Part shown: positions 9,079 to 21,034 of the stretch, in pieces | Position numbering within the stretch: the stretch's first letter is position 1 | Layout: every line of letters begins with the position of its first letter | Origin: an uncultured bacterium | GTDB lineage: Bacteria; Acidobacteriota; HRBIN11; JAKEFK01 | Assembly: GCA_963777505.1 (NCBI GenBank) | Contig: CAVZQN010000004.1 | Span: 1 to 64,000 of the forward strand | Length of the DNA: 64,000 bases | Direction: 5' to 3' | Position numbers and translations under genes: made by a program | Notes under the pieces: model-generated | What the model was told of the DNA's origin: nothing | The model's input: the letters and a program-made list of their open reading frames with translations, nothing else | The model's database searches: none

Positions 9079-11146
9079 CTACATCAGTGGAATCTTGCCT
9101 TCAAGCTTTGTTCGTTCTAGTCGTGGAGTATCACCGGGATTCCAATGTTTTACGCGATGTGCGACTCTGTAAGTAAGCGGACCGCCGTCAGCTTTTTCGA
9201 TTCGTTCCAATGGTCGTGGAATACAAACAAATTCCACTTCGATATCTGCGGAAGTAACTCGTACCAAAGAGTAACCATGACCGCCCATATCCACAAATGA
9301 TAGGTGAGGGGAAGCGTCAGCATTCCGCTCAGCAAGGGCCTTATTGAGATCATCCGTTTTTTGCAGTGTTAGACTTGAGCGGACTCCATTCATAATCGAA
9401 AAGTTAATAGCAGGCTGCAATTGCGCTTCTTTTGAAGGCTGATAAAAGAAAAGTGGTCTTTGAGGATTGTCTTTTGCCATTGCATGACTCATTGCTTCCA
9501 CGAGGCCTGGCGCCGAAACAGAACCCGTAATGAATTCAGCTGCAACCGGATCAAAAGAGTTGGGTGGTAATGATGGAGACAACAATCCTGCGAAGAAGGA
9601 ATGACGATCGCCAACAATTGTGACCATACTTGTAATCTTTTCCTTTTTTACGAATTCCAGAATTTCATTCCGTTCAGTCCGGTATAGAGTCCAGTCGCTT
9701 CCAAGCAAACCGAATCCTTCAACGGGCCAGCGGAGTTTGAAATCCGCCGGAAGATTTTGAAGATCTAAACGCCAATCGAGCATTCCAAAAGAATTTCCCC
9801 ACAATTTCCATGGCGCATTCGATTCTCGCAGGCGATCTTTGAACCAGGCTTTTTGTTTCACACCGAGTACGGATTGCGGCGGGGAATTTTTTCGTGGATT
9901 CGGAATTACCTTTCCATCATATCGAATCGTGTCTGGCGGCTGACCTCCATTGTAAGATCGTCCTGCATCCAGAATTTCTTGAATGTCTTGTGGAAAGAAT
10001 AGCGGGAGATCTGCCGGCTGAAATTGATCAGCTTCGAGCTCGATCGGTAACAGGTTCGGAACGGAAAGAGTGGTTATCAGTGATTATCAAATCAACATTC
10101 TTTCCGTAACGCAGCGAACGAAAAATTTTCAAACTTTGAATAGCTGCAAGATTTCCTGGCTCCTGCCCCAAACCATTTTCATCATATGTGTCAATCGCTG
10201 CATTGCTCACTGTTGGTGGATCGAACCGATCGATTTTTGGATTTGCTTTCTCGACCCGGGCAGGCTGATATTCAAACCAGGCTTGATTCGCAGCGACTTT
10301 GGTTTTTTGAGCAGGCCGCACCTTGGCGTCAAAATGCTGCTGGCTTTGCCAGCCTCTCCATGAGAATTCGTGATTATCCCAAACGCAAATGAAAGGCCAT
10401 CGTGCACGAGCGTCCTGAAGATCGGGATCGGTTAAATAAGCCGCATAGAGAGCGCGATAATCTTGGAGAGTTGTTGCAATATGGAAGTCCTGAATCTTTT
10501 CGCCATTTGGAAAACGAACGAGGTCTCGCAAACGGCGATCGTACATTCCTTGGGGACGATCTTCCGGATACCAAACAATTTCATAAACGTAATCGCCCAG
10601 GTGAAGCACAAAGCCAAGCTGTTCGTTCTCAGGACGCTTTTCGTCTTCGAAGATCATTCTGCGATACGCAGTCGATGCGCCTTGCTGCACATTTTGACAG
10701 CTTACAAATGTGAATAAGACCGGACCATCATCCTGGTCGGAAGGCGCAGTAATTGTGCGTCCGATCCGGCTACCGAAACGATGTTCATCTGTGAATCGGT
10801 ACCAATAAATTTTTCGTGGTTCAAGTCCAGCCGCAAGAACGCGGCAAGTCCAATCTGTTTCAGCTGAAATTTCTGCAGATGCTTGCGCTACTACTTTATT
10901 GAAAGTACGATCTTCTGCAATTTCAAGTATTAGTGTTTTTGCTTCACTGTTTTTAATTGGCGGGCGTCGTGTCCATAAAATAACGCTATCAGGATACGGA
11001 TCACCTGATGCGACTCCTTGTGGATAAAGATCACGACGCTCTTTCCACGAAATTTTGGAATCGTAAGCGAAGCCGGACCGCCATGCGAGACATGCTCCAA
11101 GTGATGCCGCTGCTTTTAGAAATTTTCGCCGTGTAATCATAGTCAT
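9079..11146 (-). CDS. phoD: PhoD-family alkaline phosphatase, Tat-exported (one frameshift near 10040)
   Basis: TRRKFLK Tat motif; GVASGDP, HLGDYVYE, WDNHE, GDRH; downstream frame is open from about 10040 into ORF 9079-9861. Confidence 0.88.
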
Positions 11147-11643
11147 TATCTTTCAGGCAAGGGTGGCGGGCGAAGAGGTACGGGAGAGGATTGGATCAAT
11201 GACGTTGTGGTTGTGCCATGCGCAAGAAATGTATCAAGGATCCGATCGAGTTGATCGAGACTTGGTAAATACACTTTCAAAATAAAACAATCTTCTCCGG
11301 TGACACGATGGCATTCCACGATTTCAGGGATACTTCTCGCAAGTTCGGCGATTTTTGGTAACTGTCCTGGATTCGGGCGAATCCGGACGTAAGCTGCAAT
11401 CGCCAATCCGAGAGCAGCCGGATCAATGTCAATACGATAACCGCGAATCACTCCTCTTTCTTCTAACCGGCGCACACGTTCGGTTATTGCTGGCGACGAA
11501 AGTCCTACTCTACGACCAAGTTCGGTCATGGTCAGCCGCGGATCATCGCGTAACTCCCTCAAGATTTGCACGTTGACTCGGTCTCTTACTTCTTCTTGAG
11601 GTTTGTAAGCAAATATTTGCTTTTGCCTTAAAGTCGCAGACAT
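11146..11643 (-). CDS. Lrp/AsnC transcriptional regulator
   Basis: ELGRRVGLSSPAITERVRRLE HTH; ECHRVTGED. Confidence 0.92.
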   Translation of the reverse strand: MSATLRQKQIFAYKPQEEVRDRVNVQILRELRDDPRLTMTELGRRVGLSSPAITERVRRLEERGVIRGYRIDIDPAALGLAIAAYVRIRPNPGQLPKIAELARSIPEIVECHRVTGEDCFILKVYLPSLDQLDRILDTFLAHGTTTTSLIQSSPVPLRPPPLPER

Positions 11644-11727
11644 AAATCTATTTTTGCCTTAATGTTGCTATGTATTTTCGACATTTGCAATCATAACATA
11701 TAAGCCGTGGATCTGGAGAATACAAAA

Positions 11728-12715
<988 letters not shown>

Positions 12716-12716
<1 letters not shown>

Positions 12717-13607
12717 TGCGAAATTCTTCGATTGCTTCAGGCGTAACCATCGCTAAATTGGAACTGCAAACGAAGCGTGCCATCCCTCCACATGTTTTCT
12801 TTTTTGTGAGCGCGGTGTTCCATTATCTCGGTCCAGCGTTCGCTGTGTTGCTATTTGCACATCTATCAGTTCTGGGTGTCGCATGGCTGCGCATAACAAT
12901 TGCAGCAATATTTTTTGCAATCTGGAGACGTCCCTGGAAACGCATCGAATGGCGTTCTTCGCAGATGCGGATTTTGCTCGCATTAGGTGTCGTTTTGGGC
13001 TTGATGAATGTGTGTTTTTATCAAGCTATTTCGCGACTGCCCCTTAGCACCGTAAGCGCAATTGAATTTATCGGTCCGATTTTGCTTGCTGCTTTCGGTG
13101 CGAGGACTCCACGGAATATTGCTGCGCTAATACTTGGCGCGGCCGGCGGTTGGATTTTGACAGGTGTCCGATTCGGCGGAGAACCATTCGGTTATCTATT
13201 CGCATTTGCTAATTGTGCATTCTTTGTTTTGTACATTGTATTAGGGCATCGAATTGCTCAAGATGGCGGGACTGCTGGGATTGATCGCCTGGGTATCGCA
13301 ATGATCATTGCCTCAATTGCAGTGATCCCGATTGGATTCACAGACGCTTTACCTGCTTTCCTGCAGCCGAAACTTTTATTGGCCGGTATTGGCGTTGCGA
13401 TTTGTTCCTCTGTGATTCCTTACGTATGTGATCAATTTGCAATGGCACGATCTGCCAAGAGCGACATTTTCGCTTCTGCTGGCAACATTGCCTGCATTTG
13501 CTGTAGTGATGGGAGCAATTGTTTTATATCAGATACCCGATGCGATTGAGATCGCTGGCATTCTGTTGGTTGTAAGCGGAGTTGCACTCCATCGAGATCG
13601 CGACTAA
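12716..13607 (+). CDS. EamA/RhtA-like DMT transporter (frameshift near 13450)
   Basis: AIEFIGP and CSSVIPY motifs; alternative frame continues LPRATFSLLLATLPAFA to TAA at 13607. Confidence 0.85.
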
Positions 13608-13630
13608 ACCTACCAAAAAGGAAAGCGAAG

Positions 13631-14062
13631 TTAGTTCGGTTGAAAATCAATTTCCATCCAGCGTTCCGGTTTATTTAAAGAAGTAAATCCGAACTGACTA
13701 TAAAGTGAATGCGCATCCTTTGTTGCAAGGACCCATCTTCGCAATCCTTGTAATTCAGGATGGCCCATCATTGATTCCATTAACCATTTAGAAAGTCCCT
13801 GCCCGCGAAATTCTTCATCAACAAAAACGTCGGCAATCCAGGCAAATGTTGCAAAATCTGTAACAACACGCGCAAAGCCAACCTGTTTTTCGCCAGCAAA
13901 GATTCCGAACGGCAACGAATGATCGATCGATTTCCGGATCACTTCTTGAGTTCGCTTTGCAGCCCAATACGATTTCTGCAAGAAACGATGAATGGTATCT
14001 ATTTGCATCCTGCTGCGATCGGTTGTGATTTGAAATGACCCACGCTTAAGTTCGTATTTCAT
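13631..14062 (-). CDS. GNAT N-acetyltransferase
   Basis: QVGFARVVTD, FRGQGLSKWL, DAHSLYSQFGF. Confidence 0.92.
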   Translation of the reverse strand: MKYELKRGSFQITTDRSRMQIDTIHRFLQKSYWAAKRTQEVIRKSIDHSLPFGIFAGEKQVGFARVVTDFATFAWIADVFVDEEFRGQGLSKWLMESMMGHPELQGLRRWVLATKDAHSLYSQFGFTSLNKPERWMEIDFQPN

Positions 14063-14090
14063 TTTTGAGACCTCGCAATAGCAGTTCGTT

Positions 14091-15503
14091 CTAATTTGCT
14101 ACTTTTTCACCGACTCGCCACGAGCCTCCCGATAGAGCAGTCACACTGCCCTTGGCATCCCGGACAAAGGCCAATCGAGCTTGACCGTCTTCCCGCGAAA
14201 ACAAATCTTCAGCGATTGGAATCCAACGGTTTCCCCATAACTCCAAAGTGCCATCATTATTTATAGAAACATTGAACTCAGGTACTTCTGGGGGGCTGCT
14301 GCAAGTGTGACACTGAAAGCTTGCGCGATACGTTCCAGCATATGGTTTTAGATCGACATTTTTTAATGCAACAGGAATTAGAGGACGACTCGGAAAATAT
14401 TTTTCGAAAACTTTTTTGCGAACATCAAAGCGTATGCCTGAGCCTTCCCCATGATGAACGATAAAAAGTCCTAATCGTTTTTCAGGAACGATGCTCATCA
14501 AGCCCGCAAAACCTCCGATGTCACCGCCATGTTCAGCGATGTTAACGCCATTAAAGTTGTCGAGTTGAAAGCCATAACCCCATCCCGGTACTGATGGATG
14601 CAGCGTTGCTTGTGTACTGAACATCAGTTGTAACGAATGTCTGGATAAAACGCGAGGCTTTTCGGCAGTAAGCTCAATTAACAGCTTTCCCATATCGCTT
14701 GTTGACATGACTGCTGAGGCTACAGGCGGCGTTGCATACCATTCAAAATTGATTCGGTTCGCCTTACCGTCATCTACTTCATATGGAGTAGCAACGCCGG
14801 CTTCATCGCCCGGCTTCGTCATGATTCTTGCGCTTTTCATTCCGAGTGGTTTGAAAAGATGAGCATCGAGATATTTGGCATAACTTGATCCCGTAACTTC
14901 TTCGATCAATAATCCGGCCAATGACATTCCATAACTTGAATACGATGTGAATTCGCCTGCAGGTCGATATCGAATCAAATGTTCCGCTAAAAACTTGTCC
15001 ATCGGTGGAAGATCACTCGCACGTTCGAAGCGTCGTCCCGGAAGTTCATCAAGACCTGATGTATGTCGAAGCAAATCAGCAACTGTAATCGGTGAAGGAA
15101 AAGTGTTCGGTACATGCACTCTTTTCAAGTATGAATTTACATCGGCATCGAGCTTTACTTTCCCTGACTCAACCAATTGCATAACAGCGATTGACGTTAA
15201 TACTTTAGTAATTGATGCAATTGGCCATACTGTATTTATATCAACAGCGAGTTTGGATTGGACATCAGCCAGTCCATACCCACGCATATGAACGATTTTG
15301 CCGTCGCGTACAAGCGCTAAAGCGGCTCCTGGTGTTCCTGTCTCACGCAGTGCTGACTCAATGAGTTCATCAACAGAGCGCAAGTCTGGTTGATTTGAAA
15401 TACCATCCGGTATCGCTGGTTTTTCTGCTTTCGGTTCTTCCTGTGAATAGCATCCTGCGTACAGAAACAAGAACGCCATTATTATCGAAAAAATAATTCG
15501 CAT
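14091..15503 (-). CDS. Serine hydrolase, beta-lactamase/AmpC-like family, exported
   Basis: SITK (SxxK), LLRHTSG, YSS and HGG motifs; N-terminal signal. Confidence 0.88.
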   Translation of the reverse strand: MRIIFSIIMAFLFLYAGCYSQEEPKAEKPAIPDGISNQPDLRSVDELIESALRETGTPGAALALVRDGKIVHMRGYGLADVQSKLAVDINTVWPIASITKVLTSIAVMQLVESGKVKLDADVNSYLKRVHVPNTFPSPITVADLLRHTSGLDELPGRRFERASDLPPMDKFLAEHLIRYRPAGEFTSYSSYGMSLAGLLIEEVTGSSYAKYLDAHLFKPLGMKSARIMTKPGDEAGVATPYEVDDGKANRINFEWYATPPVASAVMSTSDMGKLLIELTAEKPRVLSRHSLQLMFSTQATLHPSVPGWGYGFQLDNFNGVNIAEHGGDIGGFAGLMSIVPEKRLGLFIVHHGEGSGIRFDVRKKVFEKYFPSRPLIPVALKNVDLKPYAGTYRASFQCHTCSSPPEVPEFNVSINNDGTLELWGNRWIPIAEDLFSREDGQARLAFVRDAKGSVTALSGGSWRVGEKVAN

Positions 15504-15607
15504 GCCGGTTTGAGTTTATTAAAAATATACCAACTGAAATTGAGCGAGTAGATTCAGTAGTCTTGCAAATCAATCAGAACAGATGAAGCAGATATCGCTC
15601 ACGAATA

Positions 15608-17698
15608 TTAAGAAATTCCTTCCAGGCCGGCTTTTTTGAGCCCTTCCAGTAGTGGTTCAATGTAGCCGATAGCGTAGAGCCAGGGTTCGACAAACATACG
15701 AGCATGAGAAGCAAACTGAGGATCAATTGACAGAAGTTCATTGAGTGCAGTTTCTGCTTCTGATTTACGACCAAGCTGTGCGCAAACCGACGCAATAATA
15801 AGTGGCGGCCAGAAAAAGCCAGGCATGTTGACGCGGTTAGCATGCTCCAAAACTTTTTCATATTCACCACGGCTGTAATGATCCCAGATAAGGCCGAAAT
15901 GAAACCAACCTGCATGATGCGGATTCATTTCCATTGCTTTACGCGTTAAGTTTGCGCCACGCTCAAAGTCACGGCTAAAGACTAACAATAAACCGAGGTA
16001 TGCAAAGGTATTACTGTTTCGCGTATTCAGTGACATCGCACGTTCGGCGGCTGGCCGAAATGCTGCCAGATCGCGTCGTAAGAAATGAGTCATAGCGAGT
16101 GCCTCGTATCCAAGCTGACTGCTACGATTTGTTTCAACAGCACGCTGAGCTGCCATCAATGATCGGTCAAGAGCATCCGGAAGTGAGTTAAATCCGAAAC
16201 TATATTCATGTTGATGAACAATCGATAAACAACCCCAGAGTTCTGCATGATTTGGTGTTTTCTTGACTGCATTTTCCAAAGCTGTTCTTATTTTGGAATG
16301 TTCTTCAGGAGTAAGCCGCATGTAGTATCCGAAAAAACGGATGACGTGTTCATTTGCTGAAAGTTCATCGTCCGGTTTCGCTTCAAGTGCCGCAACCATC
16401 GAACGAACAAGTACTCCGAAATTATCGGCAACTGTTGCTGCAACACGGTCTGTTATTTCATCCTGGACTGTGAAAATGTCTAAGTTTTGTAAATCACGAT
16501 TGTAAGTTTCCGCCCAGAGATTCGTGCCTGTCTGCGTATCAATTAACTGTACATTCAGTCGAACGATCGATCCGGCTTTGCGAATTCCACCTTGAATGAC
16601 ATACCGTGCGCCAAGCTTTTCACCAACGATCCGAACATCATCGAATTGGCCTTTGAAACGAAGCGTTGAGTTGCGAGCAATTACTGACAGATATGAGAAT
16701 TGAGACAACGCCGCAGTGATATCTTGCACCAGTCCATCTGCAAAATTTTCCATCTCAGAATCCGTAGCAGGAAATTGAAATGGCAATACGGCAATCCATA
16801 ACTCACCAGAGGGTTGTGTAGCAATCGAGGCCCGCGAGCGTTGTGACGATCCGCTGCTTTCCTTTGATTCATTTAATTCGTGATACACATCACGTGCACT
16901 CTGATAACGATCTCCAGGATCCTTCATTAAGCATCGGTGGATGATCCGTTCAAGGTGTTCAGGTATGTTAGCCTTTAGATCGCTTACCGGAGCTGGTGTA
17001 TCTCTTAATATGGAAGAAATTAGATCAGCAGAAGTATCTCCACGAAAAGGACGCCGCCCTGTGATCATTTCGTAAAAAATAATTCCGAGAGAAAAAATAT
17101 CCGATCTGTGATCCAATCTCTTTCCTTGAATCTGTTCTGGTGACATATAAGGGAACGTTCCCAAAACAATCCCCTCTTCAGTTTCAGCATGCGTTTCCAG
17201 CTGTGATGCGTTCGGGTTGGAATCATCTCGCAGTAATTTGGCGAGTCCAAAGTCGAGCACCTTCATTCTTTCTTCGCGATTTACCATGATGTTGCTGGGT
17301 TTTAAATCGCGATGAATGATCCCTTTTTCGTGTGCTGCCGAAAGTGCTTCAGCCACTGGTGTGCTAAATCGGAGAAAAGTCTTCACATCCATTCCGTCGG
17401 AAGGGATTAATTGATTCAGTGTTTCACCTTCGACGAGTTCCATCGTTAAGAAATGGATTCCGTCTGCTTCTTCCACGGAATAAATCGTAACAATGTTGGG
17501 ATGATTGAGTGCAGCGATTGTTTCGGCTTCGCGTTGGAATCGTTCCAAACGAACTGGATCATGCGCCATTTCTTCAGGCAATACTTTGAGTGCGACTCTT
17601 CGCTTCAACTTGTTATCTTCAGCAACGTATACTTCCGCCATTCCTCCCTTTCCTAAACGGTCCAGGATTTTGAAATGGTTGAGCGACTTGCCGATCAC
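15608..17698 (-). CDS. Hanks-type Ser/Thr protein kinase with TolB-N-like and TPR domains
   Basis: GKGGMAEV, HRDLKPSN, DFG, YMSPE; IAVLPF module; TPR-like C-terminus. Confidence 0.92.
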   Translation of the reverse strand: MIGKSLNHFKILDRLGKGGMAEVYVAEDNKLKRRVALKVLPEEMAHDPVRLERFQREAETIAALNHPNIVTIYSVEEADGIHFLTMELVEGETLNQLIPSDGMDVKTFLRFSTPVAEALSAAHEKGIIHRDLKPSNIMVNREERMKVLDFGLAKLLRDDSNPNASQLETHAETEEGIVLGTFPYMSPEQIQGKRLDHRSDIFSLGIIFYEMITGRRPFRGDTSADLISSILRDTPAPVSDLKANIPEHLERIIHRCLMKDPGDRYQSARDVYHELNESKESSGSSQRSRASIATQPSGELWIAVLPFQFPATDSEMENFADGLVQDITAALSQFSYLSVIARNSTLRFKGQFDDVRIVGEKLGARYVIQGGIRKAGSIVRLNVQLIDTQTGTNLWAETYNRDLQNLDIFTVQDEITDRVAATVADNFGVLVRSMVAALEAKPDDELSANEHVIRFFGYYMRLTPEEHSKIRTALENAVKKTPNHAELWGCLSIVHQHEYSFGFNSLPDALDRSLMAAQRAVETNRSSQLGYEALAMTHFLRRDLAAFRPAAERAMSLNTRNSNTFAYLGLLLVFSRDFERGANLTRKAMEMNPHHAGWFHFGLIWDHYSRGEYEKVLEHANRVNMPGFFWPPLIIASVCAQLGRKSEAETALNELLSIDPQFASHARMFVEPWLYAIGYIEPLLEGLKKAGLEGIS

Positions 17699-17703
17699 GA
17701 GTT

Positions 17704-20700
17704 TTATTGAACCTGGAGGTTTTTTGCTTCCTTCAGTAAAGGTTCATAATCATTTTTGAGGAGCGGGTTTATTTTGATTGCTTTCTCAAGTGAAGTTATC
17801 GATGAAATGGCGTAGCGATTCCGTTCAACCGAATTCTTTTCGGTCTTAGCCTTTAGCAGAAATATTACGCCCTGAAGCGCGATTGTATAGGGATCTTCCG
17901 AGCTCATGCTTAAACTTTTTTCAATCCATTGATGACCCTTTGCAATTGATGTTTCCGTTGAACGCTTTTGCTGAATTTGCCAATCAGCTTCCCAGCGATA
18001 AGTTTCCGCCATCGCTCTGTAAGTCGTCGGTTCTTCTTTGTTACATTCAATCGATTTTAGATACGCTTTTCGTGCTGCATCAAAATAGGCAACAGGGGAT
18101 TGTCCTTGTTTGATTGCCCACTGAGCATTCACAGTTTCTGTGTCGCCCAGATTTGTATAAGGATAGTAATATTTCGCGTCGATTTGGCTCGCTTGAAGCA
18201 AGAATTTTCGTGATTCACTCAATTCAGTGGTTGGATCTTTCCCCTGATTAAACAAATAATTCCCAAGTCGTGAGTGCGTACTTCCTATTCCATTCAAGAT
18301 GTAAGAATTATTTGGAATGAATTTCGCAGCTTTCTTCATGTTTTCGAGGGATTCCCGATAACTAAACGTGGGATCCTTTCCCGATGACATTTCATAATTT
18401 CCTTGACTTGCATAGACCGTTCCAAGATTGTAAAGCGTGTAAGGATCATCGGTGGCTACTTTCAGACGTTTTTGGTATTGCTCGATTGCATTTCGCAAAC
18501 TACTGGAAGGATCCTGTCCATGATCCATCTGATAACCAGCAATGAACCAATATGCAATTCCTCCTTCCATTCCTGTATTGATTGACTTATCGATCTGATC
18601 GATCTTTTCATATTGTTGGATCGCCTTTTCATAAGTTGGAATCGGATTTTTCCCAATTTGAGATTCGTATTCGCCAAGTAGAGCATAAGTCACTCCCAGA
18701 GTATGTAAAACTCCAGGACTGTTTTTTCTAATTTTCAGAGCCAGTTCTGCCTGTCGAATGGCCTCCTGCACGGATTTTTGCGGATCGATTCCATGTCGAA
18801 GTTCGTATTCACCCGTTAATTGATTTGCAACAAGTAGCAATTCGTGCGGCTCCCAGTTCTTTGGATTTCGTCGTTTTGCTTCATTTGCGGTCTCGATCGC
18901 TTTCTTTGTAAGACCTCTTGGATCATCAGACGAGCTATAGAGCTGGTAACGTGCGAGTCTGTTATACACATAGGCTTTGTGTAGATAACTTGCCGGTTCA
19001 TCAGGATTCACAAGAATCGCTTTGTTGCAGGTCTCTTCCGCTTTTTGCAAAGAAGTACCAGGAAGGATATCTGTATAAATTTGGGCTTCCAAAGTCTTTC
19101 CCCAGCGTTCACAATCGCTCAGATATATGTCTGCTCTACTTCTTCCAAGATCGGCTGCTTTTGCATAAGCCTCACCTGCGAGTTCGTACTGTTTAATAGC
19201 GCCTTTGTAATCTCCAACATCAAACCTTTTTTGTGCGATTCCTGAAAGCGATTTTCCTTCCAAAGCCTTTGCTTCATAGGACCAGATGGACTTTGCATAT
19301 GCTTCCTGTGATTTTTTTAGCGCTTCGTCATATCGCTTTTCATAAAGCGCGATTAATCCTTCCACATACGCTGGTGATTCCACGTTCCCTTCTGCATTTT
19401 TTAAGTAACGAACTGCGGGATCACGGAACTCTGTTTCATATTGTTGCTTCAATCTTTTGCGCACTTCTTCACTCGTATTGTGTTCCGCTTCCGTAAGTTT
19501 CTTTTGAAATAGAAGTCCCATTGTTTGCCCAAGCGCATATGCCGTGGAAGGCAATTGATATCCCGCATTCCATGCTTTTTCCAGATGTTCTCTTGCTTTT
19601 TCAATTTCACCGAGCGCGAGATAGCCTTGACCGAGCGCATTGTTTCCGGGATCCTGTGCTGAGCGTCCCCCTTGTTTCACGCGTACTTCCATTTTCTTCA
19701 ATCGGTTTCGAAGCTCTTCAAGCTCCGGCCGCACATCATGTATTGGGGCTCCATAAATGCTGGGCAAAACTAGCTGAATATTTTTTATCTCGTCTCCGAA
19801 TTCTCTCGCATAACTTGCTTGAAGCCTGTTTTGCCATTGAACCCAGACAAAAGTTCCAACCAGGATCAGCGTTAAAGCCGCAGCTGTAAGCGCGATGCCT
19901 GTCGCGAGTCGATTTTTTTTCGCTCGTTTGATTAAGCGATATGAGAAGCTTGTTGGTTTTGCTGTAACTGCGTCGCCATCCAGATATCGTTGAAGATCTT
20001 CGGATAGGGATTTTGCTGAATCGTAGCGACGGGTAGGATCTCTCTCCAGGCATTTCATTACGATTGTTTCTAAATCTTGAGGTATTTTAGGCGCGACTTT
20101 TCCGAGCGTTGCTGGATCATCTTTCAAGATTTGCAGTAATACCTCTGCGCCACTCTTACCTTGATATGGAGGCATTCCGCTAAGAAGCTCATAAAGCGTG
20201 GCTCCGAGTCCATATACATCCGTTCGTCTATCTAATTGTGTGCTGTCACTGCTCACTTGTTCGGGCGCCATATAATATGGAGTACCAACTGCCATTCCTG
20301 TTCTTGTTAATCCAGGCGCATCTTGATCTCTGGCTAATCCAAAATCTAAGATGTAAGGCTTCCATTCTTTCTCTTCGTTGCGCTCCAACATAATGTTGGA
20401 TGGTTTAATGTCCCGGTGAATTAATCCTTCCCTGTGGGCAACGTGTAAAGCATCAGCGATTTGCTTGATGACTCGAACTTTTGCTTCAAGCGACAATTCT
20501 TTCGCAGCAACTGATACAGTTTTTCCTTCAATCAATTGCATCGCAATATATTGCTTGCCTTCAACTTCACCAACTTCATACACTTTGCAAACGTTGTCAT
20601 GCTGGACGCGTGCTTGGACACGTGCTTCCTGTACAAATCGAGCTGCGAGGTTGGGATTTTCGGTCCGAATTAATTTCAAAGCAGCATAGCGTTTTAAGGC

Positions 20701-20946
20701 CGGATCATAGGCTTTGTAAACAACTCCCATTCCTCCTGATCCGAGTTCTCCAACAATTTCGTAATGTCCTAAACGCTGCTCGGGTTTCAGCCCTTTGAAT
20801 GGTGTGGACTTCTCACTTTCGCCGCTGCCAATTGTCAGTAATTCTGATTGTGCTGAGTCTTTATCGGCAGATGAAGGTATGGATGTTTCAGCAGCTGAGT
20901 TCTGCGACGATGGGAGTTTATTGTCCGGGTGATCTTTTTGGTTCAT
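17704..20946 (-). CDS. Membrane Ser/Thr protein kinase with long TPR region
   Basis: GSGGMGVV, HRDIKPSN, DFG, YMAPE; one TM; TPR repeats. Confidence 0.92.
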   Translation of the reverse strand: MNQKDHPDNKLPSSQNSAAETSIPSSADKDSAQSELLTIGSGESEKSTPFKGLKPEQRLGHYEIVGELGSGGMGVVYKAYDPALKRYAALKLIRTENPNLAARFVQEARVQARVQHDNVCKVYEVGEVEGKQYIAMQLIEGKTVSVAAKELSLEAKVRVIKQIADALHVAHREGLIHRDIKPSNIMLERNEEKEWKPYILDFGLARDQDAPGLTRTGMAVGTPYYMAPEQVSSDSTQLDRRTDVYGLGATLYELLSGMPPYQGKSGAEVLLQILKDDPATLGKVAPKIPQDLETIVMKCLERDPTRRYDSAKSLSEDLQRYLDGDAVTAKPTSFSYRLIKRAKKNRLATGIALTAAALTLILVGTFVWVQWQNRLQASYAREFGDEIKNIQLVLPSIYGAPIHDVRPELEELRNRLKKMEVRVKQGGRSAQDPGNNALGQGYLALGEIEKAREHLEKAWNAGYQLPSTAYALGQTMGLLFQKKLTEAEHNTSEEVRKRLKQQYETEFRDPAVRYLKNAEGNVESPAYVEGLIALYEKRYDEALKKSQEAYAKSIWSYEAKALEGKSLSGIAQKRFDVGDYKGAIKQYELAGEAYAKAADLGRSRADIYLSDCERWGKTLEAQIYTDILPGTSLQKAEETCNKAILVNPDEPASYLHKAYVYNRLARYQLYSSSDDPRGLTKKAIETANEAKRRNPKNWEPHELLLVANQLTGEYELRHGIDPQKSVQEAIRQAELALKIRKNSPGVLHTLGVTYALLGEYESQIGKNPIPTYEKAIQQYEKIDQIDKSINTGMEGGIAYWFIAGYQMDHGQDPSSSLRNAIEQYQKRLKVATDDPYTLYNLGTVYASQGNYEMSSGKDPTFSYRESLENMKKAAKFIPNNSYILNGIGSTHSRLGNYLFNQGKDPTTELSESRKFLLQASQIDAKYYYPYTNLGDTETVNAQWAIKQGQSPVAYFDAARKAYLKSIECNKEEPTTYRAMAETYRWEADWQIQQKRSTETSIAKGHQWIEKSLSMSSEDPYTIALQGVIFLLKAKTEKNSVERNRYAISSITSLEKAIKINPLLKNDYEPLLKEAKNLQVQ

Positions 20947-21034
20947 TTCAACGAATCGGGTAGACGCATAGTATAGCAGGCCAATATCAATTGACTGTAA
21001 TTATGAAATGGAATGTTGAGTTAAACTTACGTTT